A DNA stretch of 64,000 nucleotides from Lepidodermella squamata (taxonomy: Eukaryota > Animalia > Gastrotricha), in contig JBLDXI010000007.1 in NCBI GenBank assembly GCA_047495785.1, forward strand, positions 4,154,001 to 4,218,000, in the 5' to 3' direction. Within the stretch, counting starts at the first letter, position 1; the number at the start of each line of letters is the position of its first letter. Below, piece after piece: positions 10,480 through 20,653 of the stretch. Below the pieces are notes generated by a model. The model was not told the origin of the DNA and searched no databases. It saw only the letters and a list, made by a program, of their open reading frames with translations. Position numbers and translations under genes: made by a program.

Positions 10480-12945
10480 ATGGCCATCTTGCTTTTAACG
10501 GCTGTCTTATTACTACAGCGAATTTCATTAACAGAAAGTGGTAAGGTTTTTTCTTTGTACCCTGTTTTCTCGGATTTATTCACCGAAACTTAGCTTGCAG
10601 CCCGGCATGCCAGAATGGCGGAAGCTGTGTAGGCACGGTTTGCCAGTGCCCGGCTGGATGGTCGGGTTCTGATTGCAGTTTGCGTAAGAACATTACATTC
10701 CACATCACCTAGTAGTCTCAAAACTCAGATTGAAAGCTCAAGTAAACGGCATGGATTAAGGTGAAGCCTCGGTATTTTTGACTGTTATTGTTGTAATGCC
10801 TTGATTCGCGCAACTCAAAATGTCCATTGTGTTTGAGGTTGTAAGTTGAAAAAAATCCGCAAGCTGATTGGTCAGTTGGCTCGTATCCATGACTCCGCCT
10901 TGCTACTTGATCGTGCGATCCATAATAAAATGTTTGCAAAAAATATCTTTTTATGAATGGTTTTACGCATTTGTTGGAAACGCGTGCTACGATACGGCCT
11001 TCATAAAAATAATAAATGCCACAAATTATATAGATCGCACGATCAAGTAGCAAGGCGGAGTCATGGATACGAGCCAACTGACCAATCAGCGTGCGGATTT
11101 TTTTCAACTTACAACCTCAAACACAATGTCATAACACGCTGGTCAGAATAGTCTTTTTTCACTCGAACCGAAAGATTGCGGCTGACAGGCTTTTTATACT
11201 TTTCTCTCTCCATTATCTTACCAGCTGTTTGCTCACCAAATTGCTCGCAAAGGACCGGAATCTGCCCTGGACCTTTGCAAACGTGCAACTGCTTGGCTAG
11301 ATTCACTGGAGCTGATTGCTCGAGAAGTAAATTGGTTTATCATAGAATCAGTGAAAAAGCTTAACCTTATTGCTTATTGTGTGTAGCTTTGGGAAAGCCA
11401 CTCAGCGATCCGGAATCTTACATACCAGAATTGTCATACGTAAACAATGGTGATATCGGTAATTTGAATTGCCTTTGACACCTCAACATCAATTAAGACT
11501 ATGTTTGTAGTCAATAACTGGTGGCTGCGGCAAAATCTTAGCGTGACCTTACAACGCAACAACGCTACTCGTTTACTGAACAATAACGTTTTCTCTCGCG
11601 GTTATATGATAAGCAAAAAGGTACTGTCGCCAATGTTGCGGGGCGTTTCTAACTCTCATCTCCTTCTCAGGAATGGAACTTGACGGACTTTTCGATCAAC
11701 ATCACTGCGGAGACGAGCGGAATGCTTACTAATGGTCGATTCCAGGTGACTATCATGGCAAACAGGTCATTCACCTATTCAACTTCGGTCGGTGTCACAA
11801 ATAGTTCCGGCTTCTTTGCCGGTCTTAGTTTTGCCTACACTCTGAGTACCAGTACATTTTCGCTCACAGCATCACTTACTCCTGTCAGCATGTCATCCGC
11901 GTCTAGTTACTGGCGTTCGGTTGATAACACCGTCTTCATGAAGGGCCGATTTCACCTGGGCATAGTCGTACGTTACGGCGGTCAGGTTTTTGCCGAATAT
12001 TGCAACACTTCTGTCTGCGAGCGACTGATCAAAGGCGTTGCTTTTCCGAACTTTTTCCCCGTCACAACAGCCACAGCTCTACCAATCGTGTTGGCGGTTC
12101 ATGCAGATGACTTGGGAGATTCGCAAATTTTTGATATTTTAGATGTTAGAGTCTATCGCATAGGTTTGCAGCTTCGCTTCTCAATGCTGATAATTTATTT
12201 TTGATCTATCATTAGGTACATGCGATTCCGAGTGTCAAAACGGCTACTGTGTAGGTAGAAATACATGTCAATGCCCGGCCGGTTGGACAGGACAAACATG
12301 CAGAAACCGTAAGTACCGCATGTGTAAGATGGATCGTTGTAACACACCACCTAGGGTGTACGTAAGTTTTAGTGAGCTGTTCATTATCACTCGAAGTAGC
12401 TCGATGGCGAAGAAAAAACGATGTACTGTTGGAGAATTCAATTTGAGAATTTCGAACTTAACCCCTACCACACCCAGTTCAAGAGAAAAAGACATGAAAA
12501 TACAGGGGCGCTTTTTGATTCGAATAACTTGAGTTGGAAAATATATTATATGCAGTTTAAGGATTCTACTTCGAACTCTGGTTTCCGGAATATTTTCGGA
12601 ATAATAAAACCCAGACGGGAAAAAAACTACATCGAAGGGCCAATTTAAAAAAACGCAGGAAATAGAAAAACGGTTTTGCCTTTGCCTTTGCAGAAATTTG
12701 CGGATCCATAACTTGTCCTGTAAACGGGTGGTGCTCCGGACCGAATACGTGTTCTTGCTTCGACAAATGGCGAACAGGATCTGACTGCACAACACGCAAG
12801 CACTTGAAGAATCTGAAATAACCAAAGTGTGAAAACTTGTTTTACAGCTATCTGCGACTGTGCTGGAGCAAAGAGATGCGTTGCCCAAATGTGCGACTGC
12901 CAAGATGGCAGCCAACGCAACGATTGCAGCGACCCAAGCGAGTGA
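10480..12945 (+). CDS. Secreted protein: SP, 2 EGF, divergent L-type-lectin-like domain, 3 EGF (9 exons; 3' end uncertain)
   Basis: Exons include 10480-10540, 10594-10683, 11225-11325, 11671-12163, 12216-12308, 12694-12795 and 12848-12945. EGF exons such as CSPACQNGGSCVGTVCQCPAGWSGSDC. Central YIPELSYVN...NATRL...FSINITAE...DILDVRVY aligns with the lectin domains at 20654-25760. Confidence 0.75.
10825..11128. mobile_element. Foldback/MITE with ~100-bp inverted arms, intronic
   Basis: 10825-~10925 is a near-perfect reverse complement of ~11028-11128. Confidence 0.85.
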
Positions 12946-13283
12946 TCCGATTTGCGCCTTGCAGAGATTTACTTTGGATCTGAGATCTATAGAAATGCTA
13001 AGCACAAAATCATACCCTTAAATAGCCTAAATTCTTTCTTAAGGCCAACAGCTGCACGCTGCACGACTTATCACGAAGTTCTATTGCTCTTGCACCGAAA
13101 TTTACTCGCTTTTATTAGTTTCTTTTTTCCTTCCTACTTATCACTTATCTGATACTGAAAACTAGAACTTCAAAAACTCATAAAATAAAACGAATGTATA
13201 TATCAAATTCATTAAGTTAACAGCAAAACATGTCAACCTTGATTTCATATTTCATATTTTATTGTTCATTTCAGAATGACAGT

Positions 13284-13763
13284 TCAGTAGTTAGATACTT
13301 CGCAAGTGCAAGGCTTGCAAGTATTCTGCATCACCAACTGCTTCTGTTTCGGCGGGGTGTAATCCCTCGTCTTCATCCACATTGTTCCATCGTTCAACAT
13401 AGCCGAGAAGCTCTCCTTGTAAGGAACATCACAATCGCGCCATTCGTTCGGGTTTAGGATCAAATCGCAAAAGTGTTGCGAATGCTTGACGAAACGAACA
13501 GAGAACCCAGTGCAAACATCCCCTGCAGCCGCGCACTTTTGCGAGCAGTCAGTCAGGTCGGCGCAATCGTCGCATTTCTTCGACTGTGTAAACATCGATC
13601 GAGTAAGCCGGATGCAGGTTTTGTTCAATTTGTAGAAGCGAAATTCGTTGTTGTAGTCGACATATTCCAGCTGATCGGTGTCGTCGCCTGTCGACAGAAT
13701 TCGGCTGTCAATCACACAGCCGAGTTGGAGGAAAACGGCGGTCAATAACAGAAATCGATTCAT
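13284..13763 (-). CDS. Secreted Cys-rich protein with a PAN/apple-like domain
   Basis: Signal peptide MNRFLLLTAVFLQLGC; LTDCSQKCAAAGDVCTGFSV...CDL fits the PAN C-x3-C...C-x-GF...C-x-L pattern. Confidence 0.6.
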   Translation of the reverse strand: MNRFLLLTAVFLQLGCVIDSRILSTGDDTDQLEYVDYNNEFRFYKLNKTCIRLTRSMFTQSKKCDDCADLTDCSQKCAAAGDVCTGFSVRFVKHSQHFCDLILNPNEWRDCDVPYKESFSAMLNDGTMWMKTRDYTPPKQKQLVMQNTCKPCTCEVSNY

Positions 13764-14330
13764 TGCGCAGTGGGAAGCAGGATTATTTTCTGGCTGGAAA
13801 TCTTGTGAAATAAGGCACTCCTTAATCACAAGCCGTCCTTAATGCTATCATTATGCTAAACAGGCGCAGTATTTGATAGATTTTTATGGCTCTTCCATTC
13901 GGTTAATGACTAACATGTTGCTACATTAAGTTGATAATTACAGACATTAAGGTATCATGATCCTGTGATGGAAAGTAATTATTTCATAACGACGTAACAA
14001 GAATACTATTGCTTTAGGAATGCGCTGCTTTCGCCTCTGAAATTTTCAAGGGAGAATGGTATAAAACATACGGCCCGAAAAAGAGCTAAGCCGTTGGATA
14101 CTGGGATGCATTAAACTGAAAACTGAACATTCATAGTCATTCGATTCCAGGCCTTTCTGAGCATTTTGATATGAGCTAGCAAGCTAATTTTTTGCAAAAT
14201 CTATTCGAAATAGGCGTAATTTATTAGTGTGCTACGAATCACAGATATGAAAGAAATACTCGTACAATATTATAAAAATATGGAATTTTCCTAAAAAACA
14301 ATAGGTCGAGTAGCTTGGCCAATTCGATAT

Positions 14331-14533
14331 TTTTATGATAGAACATGAGTAGAAATCTATATTTGAGTGAAGCACGAAATATAGATAAAGTAAAACGAAT
14401 GAATCGAGTGAAATCGAGGCAGAACGGGCCGGCAGGCGAGTGGAGACGAGATTTCACGAGGTGAATGAGTTTTACGAGGTCCATACGAGTGCTTCACGAA
14501 AAAATAGGTTTCTACGAATGTTGTATCGTAAAA
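14331..14533 (+). repeat. Left terminal imperfect hairpin with periodic GA/GA mismatches
   Basis: Stem blocks GTGAAGCAC/GTGCTTCAC, GTAAAAC/GTTTTAC and GTGAAATC/GATTTCAC, each separated by GA opposite GA. Confidence 0.85.
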
Positions 14534-14559
14534 TGTTACACGTGTCTATATTTTTCGCA

Positions 14560-14750
14560 ACGCAAAATAATAAATTTTCCCATAGACATTATGTCAAAAG
14601 CTAGCAGCCGAGCCCACATGTAGAACGCGGAGTGATTCTCACAGAGGCCGAGACTGAAACAGCTTCATGCAGTGCGCCTGCGAGCTCGGTGAAGAGCGGC
14701 TTTCTTGTAGTTCACCATCATATCTCGCACGGTTTGTGACAAGGCTTCAT
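14560..14750 (-). pseudogene. Frameshifted paralog of the unknown ORF at 16869-17246
   Basis: HRAR/AHCMKLFQSR/LCENHSAFYMWARLLAFDIM versus RRARMSHCMELFDSRAVCENVTSFYLWAQGLASEIM. Confidence 0.7.
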
Positions 14751-15526
14751 GGATAAATCATAAGATGTGGCCTTGATTTTAATTAGGCTTATGGACGTAA
14801 TTTCAATGGGGCAGCGAAAAATTGCATAGCTAGGACTGTGATTTTGACGCTAATAGCCTTCAACTCCTAGGAATCAAGGTTGTTTCTATGTCAGATCGAT
14901 AATTTGCCCATTCATTGTAAGCCTAAACTGGATATATAGGACGTTTAGTATAGCACTTAGATTTCACACATTCGCAGAAATTGGAGCATGGCACTCAAAT
15001 ACGATGCTTGATCGTTCTCAGTATTCAAAAATTCTTATCACCCATGCATATCCGTTCGTCATTTATTTTCATAGGCTTTATCAATCACTTGAAATACTCC
15101 CTTTCGACCGAGCAAAAATGCGGATCATTAATGACCGAAGCCATGGTTGGCGGTATCGAGGTTCTATTTAACAAAAATGTAGGCCATTTGCGAATTAACC
15201 GATCCCTGAAAAGATCAACCTCTACTATTTATCAGTTGAAACACACTATTTTCGAGATAATTAAAACAATTAGGTCTCTGAGTGATCGACAATGAGGCCG
15301 CGTAACGTACGTGTAACAGCTTCAGCTCAACTAATTTTGCCATGGAAAAATCCTTAATTTCCCACCTTTGCTGCAGCTTCGCATATGCTTTAATACCTAG
15401 TAAGAATTGTACCCAACCAACCACCCACCAACTTACTTCTCGTTTATCGCATGTTCCTTATCAGCCCGCGGCGCACATATGTATTTCTCGTTTAAACATA
15501 ATCATAAATCTAAAAAGCCTCTCAAA

Positions 15527-16642
15527 ATGAGCCTCGAGTTCAACCCTGCCGAATTCGCCCAAGCTTGTGATGATGACGCCCTTGCTCACTTCTCAACCGT
15601 TATCGACGTGGCCATTTTGTCGCTGGGAGCCGACAAAATCGCTAGAGTGACCAGCGCCGCAGCAAGTCACAAATGTCTAAGCTACCTACTATCAAAGACA
15701 CAAGTTAATTTGGAAGCGAACTTTTTTAGCAAAAGTGACTCTCTTCACACTTTGGGCTACACATGTTTGACAGCAACTTGCGATCCAACGATCCGGCAGC
15801 TTGAGCTCAACACAGTTTCATGGAACACCACAATAGAACGCAGAGATGGTGATCGGATTAACGACAGAGTAAAAACTGCGCAAATTTTACTTGATCACGG
15901 TGCCAATATCAATTACGTCGACCCAAATCGGTACACAGCTTTAAAATTGAGCGTAGATCATGAACTGAAGCCTTTGGTTGAGCTACTAGTGGCCCGTGGG
16001 GCGAATTTAGATGTCCCTAGTGGCGAAGAATCTGCTGTGAAAGTTGCCTGCAATAATGAACGTTGGCAGGTTGTACAATTTCTCATCGAAGCTGGAGCGC
16101 ATCTTGAGAATACCCATAGCCCTGAGAGCGACTCAAACCCGTGGAAATCATGCACGATTGGCAGCTTGTATCTCCACGACGCAGATCACGATAATATAGG
16201 AGGGGTGCAGCCGGTTGTTTTTCCTCGAGACGCAAGAGCCGAGCTCTTCAAATCTCTGGCCAAAGCTGGTTTTCTTTGCGAGCATTGCGCTAAGGATGAA
16301 TATTTCACAAGCTTGATCATCGCACGATGGGCCTGTGACAAGATCAACAACCCGAATCAATTAGATGATCGCTTGATCCAAATTCTTCTCTTCTCCCGGA
16401 TGACATCGTCATTCCACCCAGAAGACTACAAGCCGGATCCTAGCGATGTTGTTGGAGTCGGCGTGTATCAACTGTTGATGCCTTATGTGATGCAGCTTTT
16501 CCCGATGAAGCTGCAGGCCATTTGCAGAATGACGATTCTCAGCCGACTGCCGACTGGCTTCAGGAAACGAGCCGAGGCTATAGATAAAGGCTTAAGCAGC
16601 GTTTTGCCTCCTATCTTGCTTAGCTACTTGAAATTTGAGTAA
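15527..16642 (+). CDS. Intronless ankyrin-repeat / SOCS-box (ASB-like) protein
   Basis: Ankyrin repeats (ILLDHGANIN, YTALKLSV, LLVARGANLD); C-terminal SOCS box MKLQAICRMTI...LPPILLSYL. Confidence 0.88.
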   Translation: MSLEFNPAEFAQACDDDALAHFSTVIDVAILSLGADKIARVTSAAASHKCLSYLLSKTQVNLEANFFSKSDSLHTLGYTCLTATCDPTIRQLELNTVSWNTTIERRDGDRINDRVKTAQILLDHGANINYVDPNRYTALKLSVDHELKPLVELLVARGANLDVPSGEESAVKVACNNERWQVVQFLIEAGAHLENTHSPESDSNPWKSCTIGSLYLHDADHDNIGGVQPVVFPRDARAELFKSLAKAGFLCEHCAKDEYFTSLIIARWACDKINNPNQLDDRLIQILLFSRMTSSFHPEDYKPDPSDVVGVGVYQLLMPYVMQLFPMKLQAICRMTILSRLPTGFRKRAEAIDKGLSSVLPPILLSYLKFE

Positions 16643-16868
16643 CTTAAAATGTGAATTTAATTGCAGTAAAAGTCGCGTTTTTTCATTTATTCAATCGAAC
16701 CTTTACATGATTAGTTTGTTTGGTCATTGTTAAGGTATTATTCTTGCGTCCACTCATTCGCAATCGGTGTCAAAATGTATACTATTTCTCGTGAATTTAT
16801 GGCTCGGGTTAAGAAACCATATTTAGTGGGTAGCGTAAGGTTTTATAGAATAGAGACGAGGGAATTAG

Positions 16869-17246
16869 TTACCGCTTCAATGTCGATAGATAGGATCTTC
16901 TTTGCCGAATTTTACACGCGTCTTTGTCGTATTTTCCAGCCATGATTTCAGAAGCGAGTCCTTGTGCCCAGAGGTAGAACGACGTGACATTTTCACAGAC
17001 TGCTCTCGAGTCGAACAGTTCCATGCAATGCGACATTCGAGCACGTCGACGAAGGGTATCACGATATCTCACAAGCAAAGTCTTCATGACGTTATCATGC
17101 GGATGATCTGAATTTTTCTGGTTATCGACAGCTTTATCGCCCATCGTCCCGATGATCCCCGAACTTTTCAAGGCAATATTTTTACCTTGAAAGATTGATA
17201 GGATAATACTGATAAAAAAGATTCCCCCGCAAAGACTAGGATACAT
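16869..17246 (-). CDS. Unknown protein ORF-X with an N-terminal hydrophobic segment; may be truncated
   Basis: 125-aa ORF. Coding origin is supported by amino-acid-level similarity to the decayed copy at 14560-14750. Confidence 0.5.
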   Translation of the reverse strand: MYPSLCGGIFFISIILSIFQGKNIALKSSGIIGTMGDKAVDNQKNSDHPHDNVMKTLLVRYRDTLRRRARMSHCMELFDSRAVCENVTSFYLWAQGLASEIMAGKYDKDACKIRQRRSYLSTLKR

Positions 17247-17989
17247 AGCTTATCTGACAAGAATATCCATGATCTCTCCAACATATTCAGTGGGTTCAGC
17301 TTTGTCTTATAATCAATTACGATGCTCTGCGTCAAAATCAAGAAACTAGTCCGCTTTAACCTCGTTCTGGCTGTTTGCATTTGTGTATACATTTCCTATT
17401 TTTGTCATTTCTCTGAAATTTCATAATTACACAGGACATTTTACAGCAGTTCACATTTGTTATTGCTTTCGATCTACTGCGGTTAGCGTGGGATTAACGC
17501 CACTAATTGCAACCAAACATTGAGTTGTCAGACACCCCTGTCACTTGAGTCATCAATGTCACCTTGAGCTGACAGTATTACATGCGAAAGAATTAGCTCG
17601 AATCACGTGTTAAAGAAGACATGTTAGTGAGAGATCAAGAAATATCGAAAACGAATAATGTTGTGAGCGCTTTGTCCCCTCGGTTTTATAGGCGAACCTC
17701 TAGTCCGTTACGTTTTGTAGCCTACAAAGAAGCTAGAAAGGTCAACAATGCAATAGAATAATTCGCAAAAATTACTACAGATTCCGTCTAAAAATTCAAT
17801 AGTTATGTTTCGCAACCGGGCGGAATGGTTCAAAGGATCGAGTTTTTGTTCGGCTAAGATATTAATGGAGCTGTTGTACTGAGCAATGATGAACTTGATT
17901 GCTCCATTTTTTCGATCCAGCTGTGGGTTAGGCCGGCTCAGCTTTTGCCCTCCGGACTGCTGTTCGAGCTTACTCTCAACAGAGGCGAC

Positions 17990-19240
17990 TTCATCGACCA
18001 TAAGTTGAGCTAATTTTCAAAAGCTGGGATGAGGCGCCGTCAGCTTGCTGTTTATCCTGTGATGCCAGGATTCGACCAGGTTGTTTGTCCGGACGTCCTG
18101 GTCGTGGACGTTCCAGACGGCCGGTTGTAACCTGCCGAGCCACGTCTCGCGGAAATACCGGGCAAACATGGCGAGTACCGGCGGTGCCGTAGAGCACAAC
18201 TGCTCAGCCGGTAAGGAAACGTTAAGGCCATAAATCGATGTATCAGAGTTCGAAACCCTGAGTTTCCACGATAGTAAGCAATGAGGCCGTGCTCGCGGAT
18301 CCACTTGATGATCGCCACTCCACTTGATTTCAACTTCCCATTTTTCGAAACAGCGGGGATGGTCATGATCGCCGCCTAAATTCAAATTTTCGAATTTAAT
18401 TTTTCAAATTTAATTGAGCCAAGTTATTACCTGTAGTTGTAAATTCGAAAGTAAGAGGCCCGTCGATATAACCCTCAGGCATGTCCGGTACGTTGATAGC
18501 CCTCACTTTTCGATCGACTACAACAACAGCGGTGGTAAACAGAGCCGTTTTCTTGCCTGTCTTCCTGGTATTTATACCCATCAAATACCGTAACGATACC
18601 TCTTTTCCATTTAAACCGAACAATTTTGGGAGAGGCAATAGTGAATGAAGCGTTCGTGAAGGTGTCGCCTCTTTTCTCGACCTCGTCTTCAGCAGCTTGA
18701 TGATTGGTTTGATCGATTTTTTCTTTCAATTTCTTATTTTCCTCCACTGCTTTTCGATAACGGTCGAGTACGGTATTTGGACTAATCATATTTGGCGTCA
18801 GTGGAGATCCGCCGCTTGCGGTAAGCGGAGAGGGCGCTATAACAGCCGGCACCCCTTTCCTTGAAACAACAACTCGAGCGGGGCGAACTTGAGTGGATGC
18901 GGCCATGGGACTCCCCCTTAATCTTCTTAGCCCTAGGAGACGGTGGTGATATTACAATTTCGGGCACAGATGACTGCGGCTCCAATCCAGGTAAACTAGG
19001 CGAGCGAGGTTCCGGCGATGCGACGGGTGGTGCGTTGATAGGACCACTTGATGCCGCGGGTGAGTGCGTTGTAGCAGGCCTAGCCTTGGCCGGGCGGCCG
19101 CGCTTATTACGAGGCTTCTCAGGCGCAGGCTCAGCTACCTGTTTATTCTTCGGCGGCCTACCGCGTTTACGCTTCTCAACCACTATCACTTCCTCGTCGG
19201 TAGAATTCTGTTTACGAGGCGGCGGTGGGGTTACGGTGGG
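17990..19240 (-). pseudogene. Fragmented Mutator transposase: AT-hooks, coiled coil, FLYWCH, MULE C-terminal region; DDE core apparently deleted
   Basis: KRGRPPK and KRGRPAK AT-hooks; VFDGYKY...VYHRC (FLYWCH-like); HGLIAYY...FMAL and YFRETWL...WNV...RTNNLVESWHHRIN...HP; several frameshifts. Confidence 0.8.
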
Positions 19241-19476
19241 TTAATAAAATTACATGATGGTCGTTGAGCTGCTGGTAAATCGAGTTGCTTCGGCTTACGA
19301 CCACGTTTCTTCGGTGGCGAGTCCTTAGTGAAAATAACACGAACAGGAATGTCGAACAGCGGCATTTCACAACGAAGCGCTTTTTCAATGGCCTCGGTGT
19401 TCTTTTTATCGCAAGGTGGACAATAAAAATCATCCTTGGCAATTTGTTTCTTGCAATCTTTGCAAGTACCTGGCTT

Positions 19477-19631
19477 ATATTTGTATGGTATGACATGAGT
19501 AAAACGTTTATATCTGTACGGAGCCGCCCGAGATTTACGAGTCGGAACGAGCCGGAGGCGAGTTGCGATGAGTAAATCGAGTGCGGCGAGTTCAGATATG
19601 AACGATTCACGAATGTTATACCGTAAAATAT
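19477..19631 (+). repeat. Right terminal imperfect hairpin with five GA/GA steps and a GGA triloop
   Basis: GATTTAC-GA-GTCGGAAC-GA-GCC-GGA-GGC-GA-GTTGCGAT-GA-GTAAATC, extended by further GA-separated stems. Confidence 0.88.
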
Positions 19632-20653
19632 CTAATTGTCAAAGCTACTCGACCTATATTTCTGGGGACAATTCTATATTTGTATGGTTGTAAGGATCTG
19701 CGGCTGGCATCGTGCCATCGAACTAACTAGCTTGTGATAATAATCATGTGTCATGTGATCATCAATTAGGCAATGCCATGTTCGCTGTAGTTATTTCTAT
19801 ATGATATTTAAGGCAGATCCTCAATGTTCGATTCATTCACAATAAAGTATAGATTAGTGCCTAGCCAAGTCTTGATGTTTCCCTGACAATGGTATAGCAT
19901 TCGCAAATCTTCTATATCTGAACTCTTTACTCATGTAAATCCAATTTGAAAATATCTTCAAGCCAGAGAGCCAAGTATTACATTAGAACTGAGTAGGGTA
20001 AGGAAAATCACAAAGGGTCTCTGTTGGATCTTGGATACCTAGGATTCCCAGCCGTAGTGCGCTCTCTGCTTCAAGCTTCACAGACTGGAATTTTTTTAAA
20101 TCACCGGCGCTTGACTGGAAAGCTGACTTAAAAGCAGACTGAAAAACTCTCGATCCTCGTCACTTGGGCCACCTGAAATAACTTTCTCAAACTTGTTCGA
20201 GTATTTTTACGTGAAACGAGAATGTGATGAGAGCTGTGCAGCGCCAAAACACAGCAAAAACATGTAATTATTTGTGAAGACATGCTTTTTTGTAAAGCGT
20301 ATTTAGACTTAGATTTAGATTCAGATTTAGAGAGTGACTTCGCTATGCTGAGAATTTGATCGAGCAATCACCAGAACGTCTGAGGTCTGCGTTTTCGCCC
20401 GGACTATACTTTCAATTTCCTGACGTAAATCGTTGAATATTGTACGATTTTGCTGAAGCTGTTTGCCAAATAACAACCAAGGCTAAAAGCGTCTTGTTTA
20501 TGGATTTCATGAATCTGCTAATGAAAGGCGGCGGCAACCCACATCATTTAGCAACCTCGATGGCTAATAGCTTCCTAATTTAGGATCAAATTCAATGCAC
20601 GAAGAGACGTGTCAGTCTCGTTTAGACTCTGCATGAAGTTATAAAATAGAACG

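Larger units (their letters stand above)
14301..19657 (-). mobile_element. Decayed Mutator (FLYWCH/Phantom-like) element with hairpin termini and cargo; outer boundaries may extend ~25 bp further
   Basis: TIR: ATAGGTCGAGTAGCTT at 14301 versus AAGCTACTCGACCTAT ending at 19657, with similarity over ~46 bp. Internal MULE transposase remnants. No TSD identified. Confidence 0.65.

Noticed and set aside
10718-11151. ORFs on both strands sharing HDQVARRSHGYEPTDQSACGFF
   Set aside because: Artefact of the palindromic MITE arms, not a duplicated protein.
12268-13005. 245-aa minus-strand ORF
   Set aside because: Overlaps the EGF exons and intron on the + strand; no recognisable domain.
19476-19688. 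14-bp direct repeat TATATTTGTATGGT (19476 and 19675) as a TSD
   Set aside because: The first copy is part of the hairpin arm and the left element end has no match, so it cannot define the insertion.
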